A stretch of 64,000 nt of DNA from Heterodontus francisci (taxonomy: Eukaryota): positions 55,239,895 through 55,303,894 of the forward strand of contig NC_090384.1 in the NCBI RefSeq assembly GCF_036365525.1, in the 5' to 3' direction. Of the stretch, positions 49,234 through 63,200 are shown one piece after another. Both the position numbers and the translations under genes were made by a program. Every line of letters begins with the position of its first letter. Position 1 is the first letter of the stretch. The notes under the pieces are model-generated. The model ran no database searches and had not been told where the DNA came from. It was given only the letters and a program-made list of their open reading frames with translations.

Positions 49234-52009
49234 CTGTAGACAAAATACACAATGTTCATTTTAATAGTGAACAGCAAAATGGAGCAACATCTGCAAATTT
49301 AGACATATTCAAAGACAATGGTTTATCTTCAAAGTAAAAAAAAAACTACAAATGCACAGCAAGGTAATAGAGAAAAGTTCTGATTAACATTAACCTCTCT
49401 CTCAGCTGTTGGCCAGCCTGTTGCATCTTTTCAGCATTTCTTAATTTTCCTTGAGCTCCAGAATTTGCAGCTATTTTAAAATCTGCACAATGAATTACTT
49501 TTATGAAATTAAAATGTTACCGTAACATAGCTTTCTTAATTCATGGTACACTGCACTGAGCAACAAAAACAAGTCACATCAATTAAAAATAACAAAAAAA
49601 TGTCCAGATACTAGAAATCTGAAACAGAAACAGAAAATGCTGCAAACATTCAGCAGAATAAGCAGTATCTATGGAGAGAACAAGATCAAGGAGAGACAGA
49701 CCACGAGAAGGGCCAGCACATCATGAAGGACGTCAACAGAAAATTAACCCCTCAGTCTCTCAAAGCAAAAGAATTTGAGCATTCTAAGTTTCAAGTTATA
49801 TTACTGACTAAGTTGTCAGCTTTTAAGTTGCAACAGTTTTACAGATAATGTGAATACAACCAGTTGTTAGAAAAGTTTAAAACCTTGGTTGACCTTTACG
49901 GTTTTAGGGTAAGCTGAAGTAAGAGAAAGTTTTTTTAAAAAGCTTACAATATAGTGTCTCCTAATGTACTTTCAAAGGAAAGACTGCGGGTCAAAAATAC
50001 AACTACCTGCACTTATACAGTGCTTATAATGTAGAGAAAAATGTCCCAAGGTGGAGATATTACTAAGTGTGACCAGGAGCTTGGTCAAAGAGATAGGTTT
50101 TACAGTCTTCAAGGAGATGGTGGTGATACAGAGGTGCAAGTTCAGGGCAGGGAATTACAGAGCATGTAGCCTAGTTGCTTGAAGGCATGGCCACAAATAG
50201 TAGAGCAAATCGAGGGCAAGTGACCAGAATCAGAGGAGTGGAGAGTTCAGGTTGCATGGTTGTAGGGTAGAAGGGAGGTTATAGATGGGTAAGGCCATTA
50301 AGAAATTTAAACACAAAGAGACTCTTTTTAAATTTGAGGTTTGGGTGAATTGGGAACCAATATGGTTTAATGAGGATAAGCAGGATAGGCAAGCAAGACT
50401 TGCTGTGGAGTGCAGGCAGCAGAGGTTAGGATGAGCTGGTTTACGGAGGGTAGAACGCTGGCTAGGAAAGCAATGGAACAGTCAAGTCCAGAAGTGACAA
50501 AACAGGGTTAAGAGTTTCAGTGGCATATGGGCAAAGATGGGGCAATAGCAGGTAATGTTATGGAAGTGGAAGTAGGCGGTTTTCATGATGGAGAGGATGA
50601 GATTGCAAAGTTGGCTCAGAATTGAATTGGTCACTAAGATTGCAAATGCTATGGTTCAGCCCGAGATGGTGGCCTGGGAGGGGGATGCAGTTCAGATACA
50701 GAGTTTGTGGAAGAGAATGAAGTCAAAATGTTTTTGGACTTCCATTGTTCAGCTGGAGGAAATTGCAGGTATTCCAAGTGAATGTCCGACAGCATAGAGG
50801 TATTGAAAAGGATTTTTTTTTTTTTTTTTTTTAAATGCTTTCATGGGATGTGGGCATCACTGGCAGGCCAGCATCTGTTGCCCATCCCTAGTTGCCCTTG
50901 AACTGAGTGGCTCGCTAGGACATTTCAGAGGGCAGTTTAGAGTCAACCACATTGTTGTGGATCTGCAGTCACACGTAGGCCACACCAGCTAAGGACAGCA
51001 GATGTCCTTCCATGGCACCATTACTGAGACTAGCTTTCAATTCCAGAGTTTTTAAAAAATAATTAAATTTATTAATTGAATTTAAATTCCACCAGCTGCC
51101 ATGTGAGATCTGAAACCAGGACATTAGCCTGGGCCGTTGGATTACCACTATGCAGAGAGAGAGGCAGCAGAGAGATAGAACTGAAGTCATCAGGAAACAT
51201 GTGGAAGCTCACCCCACGTCTTCCGAAGATGTTGCCAAGGAATAGTATGTAGATGAGGAACAGCAGGGGGACAAGGATAGATTCCTGATGGACTGCAAAG
51301 ATTTGGAACTGAAGCCAATGTTTCAGTTGTTCTGGCTACAACTGAATAGGTACAACTGAAACCAAGCGAGAGCAGTCCCAGAGAATTTGACAACAGAGGG
51401 AGTCGTTGTATGAGGATGGTGTGGTCAGCGTCAAAGATTGCCAAAACATTAAGGAAAAATAATGCACTATGGATATAGCAGCAGAGAACATGACTGGTTA
51501 TGAGAGTTTTGATATGTGAGGGGCACATTTGAGTAGAGCAAATCAAACAGGGAGTTGCAAGAAAGCTTTCCAAGTATTTAGGATGCAATAACATGTCCAA
51601 GACTCGAAAGAAATGGGCGGTTGGAGATGGAGGTTGGGGGTGGATGTATTCAAAATCATGACGGTTCTGGAAGAGTAGATAGGGAGAAACTGTTCCCACT
51701 TGTGAAGAGATTGAGAACAAGAGGAAACAGATTTAAAGTAATTGGTAAAATAAGCAAAAAGTGACTTGAGAAAAATGATTTTCACGCAGGAAGTGGTTAA
51801 GGTTTGGAATGCACTGCCTGACAGTGTGGTGGATGCAGGTCAATTTAAGCATTCAAAAGGGAATTAAACTGTTATATGAAAAGGAAGAATGTGCAGGGTT
51901 ACAGGGAGAAGGCGGGGTGTGGCACTAGATGAAATGGTCACTAGCAAAGACGGTGCTGACACGATGGGCCACGTGGCCTCCTTCTGTGCTATTACAATTC
52001 TGTGATTAC

Positions 52010-53990
52010 AACCAATCTTTCAAATTTCCCTGGATTCTGCAAAGATCCCAGCAGATTGGAAAACTGCAAATGTAGCATCTCTATTCAAGAAAGGAGGGAG
52101 ACAGAAAGCAGGAAACTATGGGCCAATTAGCCTAACATATGTCATAGGGAAAATATTGCAATCCATTATTAAGGAAGTAGTAGCAGGATAGTTAAAAAAT
52201 CATAATCCATGTTGGCTCTGCCTGATTGTTTTTGTGTAAGGGCCTGGATTTTAAAGGCTCTCCGACGCCAGGAATGATGTTGAGGAGGACAATGAAGATA
52301 GGAATGGAGGAAGCCTGCCACCGACCCTGACAGGCCCTGTGCTGATCTCGGCAGCGATGGTAAGGCCTCGTAGCGGCTGCCCCGCCACTCGGGACAGGCT
52401 CCACATTAAAATATGTAAATTGCTACTTAACTCCAATGAACATGCATCTCGCAGCGATTCTGCCAGCAGGTTGGTATCTTTATTCCGGCAAGCGGCAATG
52501 CTGTGCCTTCAAATCCCTGTTCAGGGAAACAAGGCGTAACTCCTGTGGGGAGGGGGTGACTTCCTTTGTTCGGGAGGGGTGTTACAACGTTTCAGATTTA
52601 TTGGGGGGTGATGGAAAAGGGTAAAGGACAAAGGGTCCGAACTTTGCAGGGTGGGGGGGGCGGGGAGGTCAAAATTTTAACAGTAGGTATTCCAGTAGGA
52701 GGAAAAGGTCAGGAATGATATGTAATGCCATTGGGGGGGGGGGGGGGGGGGGGGGTGAGAGAGGGCATGGAAAGTATATTTTACTAAGTTTTAAAAAATT
52801 AAAAGTCCTTGTCTCTTTAAAATGCAGCCCAAGAGCTCACGGTATTGAAGGTAATATATTAACATGGATAGAGGATTGGCTAACTAACAGAAAACAGAAA
52901 GTCGGCATAAATGGGGCATTTTCTGATCAGTGCTCGGGACATCACTATTTACAATCTATAGTAATGATTTAGATGAAGAAATCAAGTGTACTGTAGCCAA
53001 ATTTGCTGACAATATAAAAGATAGGAAAGCAAATTGTGAGGACGCAGAAAAGAGTTTGCAAAGGCGTATAGTTCAGTGAGTTGTCAAAAATTTGGCAGAT
53101 GAAATATAATGTAGGAAAATGTGAGGTTGTCCACTTTGGCGGGAAGAATAGAAAAGCAGATTATTTAAATGAAGGGAGACTGCAGAGGAATCTGGGTGTC
53201 CTTGTACATGATAAACAAAACTTATGGCAAGGAATTAGGAAGACAAATGGAATGTTGGTCTTTATTGCAAGGGGGATGAAGTGTAAATGTAGGAATTCTT
53301 GCTACACCTGTACCGGGTGTTGGTAAGACCACACCTAGAGTATTACGTACAGTTTTGGTCTCCTTATTTAAGGAGGGATATACTTGCGTTGGAAGCAGTT
53401 TAGAGAAGGTTCACTAGGTTGATTCCTGGGATGAAGGGGTTGCATTATGAGGAAAGGTTGAGCCTATACTCATTGGAGTTTAGAAGAATAAGAGGTGATC
53501 TTGCTGAAATGTACAAAATCCTGAGAGGGCTTGACACGGTAGATGCTGAAAGAATGTTTCTCCTCGTGGGAGAAATCTAGAAATAGGGGGAACAGTTTCA
53601 AAATAAGGGTCTCCCATTTAAGACAGAGACAAGGAGAAATGTCTTCTTTCAAGAGTCTTTATTCTTTAGAATTCTCTACTCTAGAGAGCAGTGAAGGCTG
53701 GGTCATTTAATATATTCATGGCTATTAACACCATGGCATACAAGGCTATGGGATTAGAATAGTTAGGTGCTTGATGGCCGGCAGACACAATCGGCCAAAG
53801 GGCCTGTTTCTGTGCTGTGTGACTCTGAGCAAGACAGATTTTAGATCTACAGGGAATAAAGGGTCATGGAGGGCAAGCAAGAAAGTGGAGTTTTCACAAT
53901 CAGATCAGATCAGCCATGATTTTACTAAATGACAGAGGAGGTTCGAGAGGCCAAATAGCCCACTCCTGCTCCTACTTCTTATGTTCTTAT
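52010..53990 (+). mobile_element. 5'-truncated CR1 LINE interrupted by a MITE
   Basis: RT remnants (HGIEGNILTWIEDWLTNRKQKV, WQMKYNVGKCEV) and CR1 3' tail near 53960-53990. Confidence 0.8.
52241..52830. mobile_element. MITE, PIF/Harbinger-like, with 3-bp TSD
   Basis: TIR ggcctggattttaaag / ctttaaaatgcagccc; AAG duplicated at 52238-52240 and 52831-52833. Confidence 0.7.
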
Positions 53991-56714
53991 TAGGTTTTTC
54001 AAGGAGGAAACGATGGCAGTGTTTTCGAAAAGGAGGGACAGTTCTTGACGTAAGGGAAACACTTATAATGTAAGCTACCAGGGGGTCAAGAAGGAAAGTT
54101 GGATGGTTACCAGCTTAGTGGCAGTGGTATAAAGGGAGCAAGACGTGGATCTCATAGATGAGCTCAGGGAGGCATGATGAGACAGAGATGGGGGTTCAGA
54201 GTTAAGGCAGGTGGGTGGCTTAGTGTCAGGGAAGCAACAAAGGCAGCTGAATGGATGCTGTCTATTTTGGTGACAAGCCCCTTATACATGTCACCAGAAG
54301 CGAGGGTGCAGAGCACAAGGAACAGGGGTTTAAAGAGATAGTTGATCGTGAAAAATAGCCTAGGGCTATACTCTGCTTTCCAGGATGATCCAAGAAGAGT
54401 GAACGGTTTTGACAAAAGAAGCAGAGGTCTGATAGAGTTTGAAGTGGTCCAGATAAGTTAAGCCAGTTGTGTGACAGGACCCCCAGTCTGCACCCTAGGG
54501 ACATGCGGAAGCAAAGATGAGGGCCAAAACAGGGAACAATTGGGATGGGAGTGAATATTTTGTTAGGGAAAGTGCATTCAAAAGGTGGAGATGAGAGGGT
54601 TGAGCAAATGGATAGCTGCAGAGGTATTGCGGCTATCACAGAATCACAGAATTGTTACAGCACAGAAGGAGGCCATTTGGCCCATCATGTCTGCACCGGC
54701 TCTCCGAATAAGCAATTCACTTAATGCCATTTCCCTGCCTTCTCCCCATAACCCTGCACATTCTTCCTTTTTATATAACAGTCTAATTCCCTTTTGAATG
54801 CTTCAATTGAATCTGCCTCTACCACACTCTCAGGCAGTGCATTCCAAACATTAACCACTCGCTGCATGAAAAAGATTTTCCTAGTCATTTTTGCTTCTTT
54901 TACCAATTGCTTTAAATCTGTTCTCTCGTTATCTATTGTAGTGACAAATTGAGATTTTTCAGGGCTGACGCAGAAGAAAGTGGGGTTGGAAAGAACGGTA
55001 GGGAGATGTGGGTGGTGAAAGATATAAGAAAGTGGTCCACGAATGTCCTTGTCAGTGATTATACCACAGGAATAGCGACCCCATACGATGGCAAGATTGA
55101 AGGGATGACTGTGAACAACAGGTTTATATGCAAGTAGGTTTAAGGAGAGGAGGGTAGAGAATTCACAGGTGAGAGGGCAACAGGAGCTGAGGATAGGAGT
55201 TGCTCAGTGCAAAGGCTGAGGGAAGAGAAGAGAAAGGATATCTTGGAGTGGGGCCACAGACAATGAGAATTTTGACAGGGAGGCAAAAGGGGTGGAACTA
55301 AACAAGGTGTTTGAAGGAGAAGGTACCAGAGGCATAGTGGCGAGAGATATCATGATGTCTTGGGATTAGGACCACACTGGCACTATGACAAACAGGCAGT
55401 TAAAACAAGGGAGTAATGTAGATGGAAAAATGATTTTCTGGGATTCGAAACACAGGTTTCAATATGCAAGCAAAAATACTGGCAGGATATACTAAAAACA
55501 ATCTGATGCACTCTGAGGCTCATAGCTGCCAAAGCCAGAAGCAATGCATATTGAAATTCTTGATGGTTCAGCCAGAGGTAATCAGTTTCTCTCTCAATCT
55601 GTAAACATTAACAGTAACAGAGGTTAACTTGCTAATACAGGCAACTGAACAGACTGGGTCCAAGTGACCACCAGGACACGTGAATGATGTCCAGTCAGTT
55701 CAGTAATATCTTTATTCTCCTTCAATAGCAAGGCAAAAGAGCTCAAGTCTCAGCTACTGCTAACTAAATTCCATTTTAAATATATATGATTTTTATTAGA
55801 GATCAAAAATTAGAAAATGTCCTGTTGCAGGCATGGCACAGCTTTGTTTTTAATCGATCACAACATTTTCATGTTCAGCAACTTTGGCAGTATTGGCAGG
55901 TATGACCTACCGCATAGAACCAAACTGGCAAGAGGCCTTGCTTTCCATGTAGCCAAAACCAGTAAATCTCACAACATATTTATTTTATTAAATGTATCTG
56001 CGGAGTCACAACCAGTATGAATATTTATGTAAATGCCCCACAGAACACAGTCATGATATTGAGACATTATTTTCATGTTTCACCCCCTACAAAAAGTAAT
56101 TTTCGAAATGGTTGAGTCGCACCTATGGAAAATGCAGCTCACATTATATAGTAGGAATTATTGAAATACCCTCTGCATTTATGTTCCTTTTTTCCTTGCA
56201 AGTTTCTTCCAGAAGGTTTCATGGGCTATGGATATCTTCTAATACCTCACACAAGCAGCCACTGTTGATGTGCCAGCTTTGATACTCAAGTTTTGGCAAG
56301 TCATTCAACTGTGGAGATGTTTAGTCAAAATTGATGATACCATCAAACTCCACATGCACAAACTTTTACCAGAGCTCATATAGTTGATATGAAATTTAGA
56401 TTGTTTTAAGCTCCTAGCACAATTACCAAACCAGGAGCACAGAATTTCAGTTTAATATATATAAACAATATATTTCAGCTTGAAATTATCCTGTGAGCAC
56501 TGAGCACACAAATATTTATTGCACTCATCTGAAATTACCCTCCCTACTAATATTATCTAAGCCTTTAACCCCAAACGGCAGAGGAATTTCAGATGTACAC
56601 ATTAAACTTTCATGTACTATTATCTTAGAGTAAAATTTCAGACATCATTTTATATCTGCATTTTCTGGCACAAACCAGACTTCATGTATGCGTACATCAA
56701 AACACAAAACTTAC

Positions 56715-57035
56715 CTTTGACAGTCAGTTGGGTCGTCAATTTTAAAGCTTTACTAAGTGATCGGTGCTGCACATAGCATATATAAACAGTACCACTGTCT
56801 TGAAGTGTTGGGCGCAACCTCAAACGGCTAGAAACATTGTAGGTTCCATCATCATTTTCAACTGGGGATCCTGTGCAGATATGTTTTGAGATGATTTGTT
56901 CCTTATCTTTTGTTTTCTGTATCCAATTCATCTCAATTGTGACAGGATAAAAGCCAACAATGTCACACTTCACTGACTTCTCTGTACCATTCTCAATTGT
57001 GATTGCATTTGAAGATACGCTCACCTGTGGTGTGG
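56715..57035 (-). CDS. NCR3LG1: B7-H6-like gene, extracellular IgC1 exon
   Basis: Acceptor cttacag|CC, donor AAAG|gtaagt, 321 nt, phase 1-1. ATPQVSV..KCDIVGFYP..W..ICTGSPVENDDGTYNVSSRL..DSGTVYICYVQHRSL has both canonical Cys, the FYP motif, the YxCxVxH motif and N-glycosylation sequons NGT and NVS. Confidence 0.9.
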
Positions 57036-57540
57036 CTGTAAGGATCAATAGAACAGATGTTTGACATTTAATATTAGGATGTAAAACAGTGAAAAAAGCT
57101 ATGAGGCTAAGTAATAACTGCACACATTGAAATGCACGGAGCTGAAAATATCCATTCCTTACGAGGAGAAAGGCATGAAATGTGTAGGGAAAAGGATTAC
57201 ATCAGCAAAACAGGATAATCAGATGTCTGTACCCACAGGAAAAAGACACTGGATGACACTGTCATTTCCTAGTTTAATGTAAAGAAAATTATAGGAAAAA
57301 TATAGTGCACTGAATTTCACTGACCATTACCCAGCCTTCTCTTTTCCATGCCATGGACAGGTTTATTTATTTAAATGTAACATGTAAAAATTAAAAAGGT
57401 ACAGTAATACCACTAGACTGCTTATAGTTGTATGCATATGGTATCATTGAATATCTTCACCTGATCTGTTTTAAATTTATTGTCATAGCAATGCAGCAGA
57501 TTACATCAGCAAAAGAAGAAATAATTTTTGTGACTCTTAC

Positions 57541-57903
57541 CTGAAACAGCCATTGACGATTTTCCACTTCCACTATCTGGGGTTATAAAAACAATACAGG
57601 TGTAATCTCCTTCTTCAGCAAATTGAACATTTGGAAGAAAAAGGGAAGCAATTCCCTTCTTTAACTCATCGTCAAAAATTGTGGCTCCTTTTCTGTATGG
57701 TGTATGTTTCCCACCAGTGAATTGATATACCTCTCGTTTGGTCATATCTGGAGAACCTAATTCTTGGAAGAACCACTGAACTCCCACATTTTTAAGGTCG
57801 ATTTGTTTCGTGTAACCAGACACTCGGCATTCGAGAAGAACATCGGTATTTACAATGGCTTTCACAGCTCTTGAGTTCATCGACACAATTAGATCACCTT
57901 CCT
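57541..57903 (-). CDS. NCR3LG1: B7-H6/NCR3LG1-like gene, IgV-domain exon (first exon visible in the window)
   Basis: Acceptor ttgcag|AG, donor TCAG|gtaaga, 363 nt, phase 1-1. Translation EEGDLIVSM..LLECRVSG..GVQWFF..VYQFTGGKHTPYRKGA..LKKGIASLFLPNVQFAEEGDYTCIVFITP has the V-set Cys/Trp/Cys and closely resembles the human B7-H6 V domain as I recall it (VFEFFGDHQEAFRPGA, LKSGDASLRLP, EEAGEYRCEVVVTP). Confidence 0.9.
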
Positions 57904-59650
57904 CTGCAATAATTATGTCCAAAATTACCAGTATATAAAATTTGTGTAACAGTAGGGTAAGATTAAATCAAAATAACTTATCCAATTGTTGTAACTCAGT
58001 GGCCCTGATGTTATTTACTTCATGGCATAAACACGCATATAGTCATAGAACAGCATATCCTCTAACTCACTCCACAGATTTTCTAATATTTTTATATAAA
58101 GATAAAATGCTATGGAAACTATATAGATCTTTAATATTTAGTCTTGCACATAGCAGTTACGATCAAAGTACTTACTGTTACTTCAACCATAACAAACTTA
58201 CATCTATATAGTGCCTTCAACATTGGATAACTTCCAAGGTGCTTCACAAGAGCGCAGTCAAAATTCAACACCAAACTGAAGTAGCAAAAAATAGATGGGG
58301 TGACTAAAAGCTTGGTCAGAAGAGGTAGATTTTAATGGAAAAGACAGAGCTGAAGGAGTTTAGAAATTGTAAACAGCTGAAGGTTCAGCCACCAATGGTG
58401 GGGCAAAGAGAGTGGGGGATGCACAAGAGGCCAAAATTAGAGGGACACAGTTATCTAAAGGTTGTAGGAAGTTAGAGTGGTGGAGGGGTGAGGATATTAA
58501 AGGTTTGAAGATGAAATGAGAATTTTAAATTGGAGGCCAAAGTGGTGGGGGTGGGTGGTGTCGCGAGCCAAAGTAGGTCAGCAAGCACAGGGGCAATTGG
58601 TTACCAGGTTTTGTGATGGCAGCAGTGCTTTGGATGAGCTGGAAGTTTATAGCAGATGGAAAATAAAAATCAGACAAGAAGGGTTTTGGAATAGTTTAGT
58701 CTTGAGGTGACAAAGGCATGGTTGAGGGTTTCAGCAACAAATAAGGCACAGGTAGAAACAGACAATGTTACAGATGTGGAAGTAGACAGTCTTTGGCATG
58801 GAGAGAATATGGGGTCAGAAGCTCAGCTGAGGTCGAAAAGGATGTTGCAATTGCCAATAGTCTGGTTCAACCTGAGACAGGAATAGTAAAAAGGTTCTAA
58901 ACGGAGGTAAAGGTATCTATACAAGAGTCTGTGGGGAGGCCTTGGTTTCGCAAATGTTCATCTTGAAGAAACCATAGCCTCTCCCGGACCGGACTGGATG
59001 TCGGAAAAGCATGCTGACAACACAGAGACAGTGAAGAAGTTGACAGAGATGGTGGAGGTGTAGAGCCGGGTGGCATCAGCGTGCATGTAGACAAAAACAG
59101 TGTATCTTCAGATGACATCGCCAAGGGACAACGCATAGATGAAGAAAAGAATGAGGCCAAAGAGATCCTTGGGTGACTCTGGAGTTAATGGTGCAGATAT
59201 CATTTTAACATATTTCTGACCCATTTTGAGCAATAATTCTTGGTGGCACAATCACATTATTTCCTTAAAAAAGTATAACGATGGGTGCTTAAATGCAAAT
59301 GGCAGTTCCTTCCTCCAAAGATTAATAAACAATCAGAAATAAACACAGAAAATGCTGGAAATACTTAGCAAGTCTGGCAACATCTGTGGGGAGAGAAACA
59401 GAGTTTAAAAAGCTTCAAGTTGATGACCCTTTACCAGAACTAGTAAAGGTCAATTGAAAATTTCAAAACTGAGATTGAGACTTTTGTTAGGCAAGGGTAT
59501 TAAGAGTTACTGAACCAAGGCAACAAGATGGAATTAAGATACAAATTACCATGATTTGACTGAATGGTGGAACAGGCTCAAAGACGAATGGCCTATTCCC
59601 ATTCCCTTGCTCCAAAAAGTACATAACAGACTTGTGCTCAGTGGAAGTCT

Positions 59651-59780
59651 TCAGCAGGTCTGAAAGCATCTGTGGAGAGAGAAACAGTTGACGTTTCGAG
59701 TGGGAGTCAGTTCTGAGGAGTCATACCCGACTCAAAACATCAACTGGTTCTCTTTCCACAGTTGCTGCCAGACCTGCTGA
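59651..59780. repeat. Palindromic short repeat (possibly Penelope-derived); single arms at about 30165-30300, 39470-39550, 49600-49680 and 59330-59440
   Basis: tcagcaggtctg.aagcatctgtggagagagaaacagttgacgtttcgagt ... actcaaaacatcaactggttctctttccacagttgctgccagacctgctga forms an imperfect hairpin. Confidence 0.6.
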
Positions 59781-60279
59781 GTATTTCCAGCACTTTCAGC
59801 TTTTATTTCAGATTTCCAGCATCCGCAGGATTTTGCTTTTATCTCAGTGGAAGTCTTATTTGATTGGAAATGGAACTATAGCTGTATAACATTCCCTGGT
59901 GGAACTGGGGGCTTTCACAAGCAATATAATTACCGAATGTTGCCAGGCTATGTAGTTTGGAAAGAAAAACTAAGATTAGAAATTTAAAAAAAGGGAAAAA
60001 AGGCAATGGAGATAAGATGCTCAGTTAATTCATTAACTTGGTTGCCTTTTATCTTTACTGCCCTGTGATGAGGCAGGCTATGCAGAGTTAGCTAATGTAA
60101 CTTGGGACAACCACTGGGACACCAAAACTGCCCTTGAACCTCGCCTCCTCACCAAGGGAGACGGGGGTGATGGATGGGTGGGCGGGGAAACAGACAAAGT
60201 TCCTACTTCTGAACTTTACCCATCAAACAGCCCGTGGACAGTCACTGTTTGGGCAGGATAATAATGTATATTACCTTCC

Positions 60280-63200
60280 GGGAGCGGAGAGCAGTCAAAC
60301 CTCTTCCAGCGTGCCAGAGTTTTGAAAAAAAAAAGCAGTGACGTCAGAGGAGAGCTACGTGCTGAATGGTTGGTGAGTAGCAGCTATTAGAATATCTTAA
60401 AAAAAAAAGGGGAAAGTTTTTTTTTTGTTGGAAAAAATCTCTGGTGATAAGGTGAGTACTATTAAAGTTTTTTTTTTTAAAAGGACTTTAGATTGAAGTG
60501 GGTAGAACAAGGCCCCTAGTATAATTAGTATTTTTTAATTAAATGAGTAACTAGTTAACCTAAGGGTAAGTCATGGCAGGAGAGCTCAGCCCCGTGATAT
60601 GCTCCTCCTGCACTATGTGGGAAATCAGGGGCGCTTCCAGTGACCCTGTGACCATGTGTGCAGGAAGTGTATCCAACTGCAGCTACTGGCTACCCACATT
60701 ACAGAGCTGGAGCTGCGGGTGGATTCACTGTGGAGCATTCGCGATGCTGAGGAAGTCGTGGAGAGCACATTTAGTGAGGTGGTCACACAGCGAGTAATGG
60801 CTGTACAGGCAGAAAAAAGATGGGTGATCACCAGACGGAGTAGTACGCGCAGGCAGGTAGTGCAGGAGTCCCCTGTGGCCATCCCCCTCTCAAATAGATA
60901 AACCGCTTTGGATACTGTTGGGTGGAGGGGTGGAGGGGTGGGAGGGGTGGAGGGGTGGGAGGGGGGGATGACCTCCCAGGGGAAAGCAGCAACAGCCGAC
61001 TTTGTGGCACCACGGAGGGCTCTGCTGCACAGCAGGGGCGGAAAAGGGTTGGAAGAGCTATAGTGATACAGGATTCTATCGTAAGGGGTGCAGATGGGCG
61101 TTTCTGTGGCCACAAACGAGACTCCAGGATGGTATGTTGCCTCCCTGGTGCTAGGGTCAAGGATGTCTCAAGGAGGGCTCTATAAGGTCCTGGTTCGACC
61201 ACACTTGGAATATTGTGTTCAGTTCTGATCGCCTCATTATAGGAAGGATGTGGAAGCTTTAGAGAGGGTGCAGAGGAGATTTACCAGGATGCTGCCTGGA
61301 CTGGAGGGCATGTCCTACGAAGAAAGATTGAGGGAGCTAGGGCTTTTCTCATTGGAGCGTAGAAGGATGAGGGGTGACTTGATACAGGGGTACAAGATGA
61401 TGAGAGGCATAGATAGAGTGGATAGTCAGAGACTTTTTCCCAGGGTGGAAAGGGCTATCACCAGGGGGCATAATTTTAAGGTGATTGGAGGAAGGTTTCG
61501 GGGAGATGTCAGAGGTAGGTTCTTTACACAGAGAGTGGTGGGTGCGTGGAATGCGCTGCCAGCGGTGGTAGTAGAAGCAGATACATTAGGAGCATTTAAG
61601 CGACTCTTGGATAGGTACATGGATGATAGTAGAATGAAGGGTAGGTAGTTAGTTTGATCTTAGAGTAGGTTAAATGTTCGGCACAACATCGTGGGCTGAA
61701 AGGCCTGTACTGTGCTATGTGTTACGTTCTACGTCTCGGAGCAGCTGCAGGACATTCTGAAAAGGGAGGGCGAGCAGCCAGAGGTCGTGGTCCATATCGG
61801 TACTAACGACATAGGCAGGAAGAAAGATGAGGTCCTGCAAAGTGAATATAGGGAGTTAGGCAGAAGGTTAAAAAGCAGGACCTCTAGGGTTGTAATCTCA
61901 GGATTACTTCCTGTGCCCCGTGCTAATGAGGGTAGGAATAGGAGTATTAGGCAAATGAATGCGTGCCTGAAGAGCTGGTGTAGGTGGGAGGGCTTCAGCT
62001 ACTTGGATCGTTGGGATCTCTTCTGGTGCAGAGGTGACCTGTACAAGAAGGACGGGTTGCATCTGAACTGGAGGGGGACCAATATCCTTGCGGGGAGGTT
62101 TGCTAGTACTACTCGGGAGGGTTTAAACTAGCCTTGCAAGGGGGGGGGGGGGGTGGGGGGGTGGGACCAAAAGTAGTAGTCTCTCCAATTAGATAGTTGA
62201 GGCAAATGTAGAGGTTAAATCAAGCAAGTCCAGTAGACAGGCCTGGCAGGAACAGGACATGCAGCGTGGAAGGTCTGTTCGGCTAAACTGCATTTACTTT
62301 AATGCAAGAAGCCTTACAGGTAAGGCAGATGAACTCAGAGCATAGATTGGTACATGGGATTGTGACATTATAGCTATTACGGAAATGTGGTTGAGGGATG
62401 GGCAGGACTGGCAGCTCAATGTTCCGGGGTACCGATCCTTCCGGCGTGACAGAGGTGGAGGTAAGAGAGGAGGGGGAGTTGCACTATTGATTAGGCAGGA
62501 CATCATGGCAGTACTTAGAGAGGATATCCCAGGGAGAATGTCCAGTGAGGCCATATGGGTAGAACTTAGAAATAAGAAAGGGGTGATCACTTTGATGGGA
62601 TTATACTATAGGCCCCCCAATAGTCAGAGGGAAGTGGAGGAGCATATATGTAGGGAAATCACAGATAGGTGTAGGAATTACAGGGTTGTAATAGTAGGTG
62701 ATTTTAACTTCCCGAATATTGACTGGGACTGCCTTAGTGCTAAGGGATCAGATGGGGAAGAATTTGTTAAGTGTGTCCAGGATAGTTTTCTGAAGCAGTA
62801 TGTGGATGGCCCTACTAGAGAAGGGGCTACACTCGACCCCTTAGGAAATGAGGATGGGCAGGTGGTTGATGTGTCAGTGGGGGAGCACATTGGGACCAGT
62901 GACCATAACTCGATTAGCTTCAAGATAGTTATGGAAAAGGATAGGACTGGTCCTCAGGTTGAAGTCCTAAATTGGGGGAAGGCTAATTTCAATGGCATCA
63001 GACACGAACTCTCAAAAGTTGAATTTGAGAGGCTGTTTACAGGTGAAGGGACGTCTGGCAAGTGGGAGGCTTTTAAAAGTGAGATAGGAAGAGTTCAGGG
63101 CCGGCATTTTCCTGTTAGATTGAAGAGCAAGGCTGGCAAGTTTAGGGAACCTTGGTTGACGAGGGATATTGAGGGTCTGGTCAAGACAAAGAAGGAGGCA

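Noticed and set aside
56715-57903. Alternative identities: tapasin/TAPBPR, SIRP, Ig/IgNAR or TCR constant genes
   Set aside because: Motifs in V and C1 match B7-H6 best. The V exon has a complete G strand and a splice donor with no RSS, so it is not a rearranging antigen-receptor segment.
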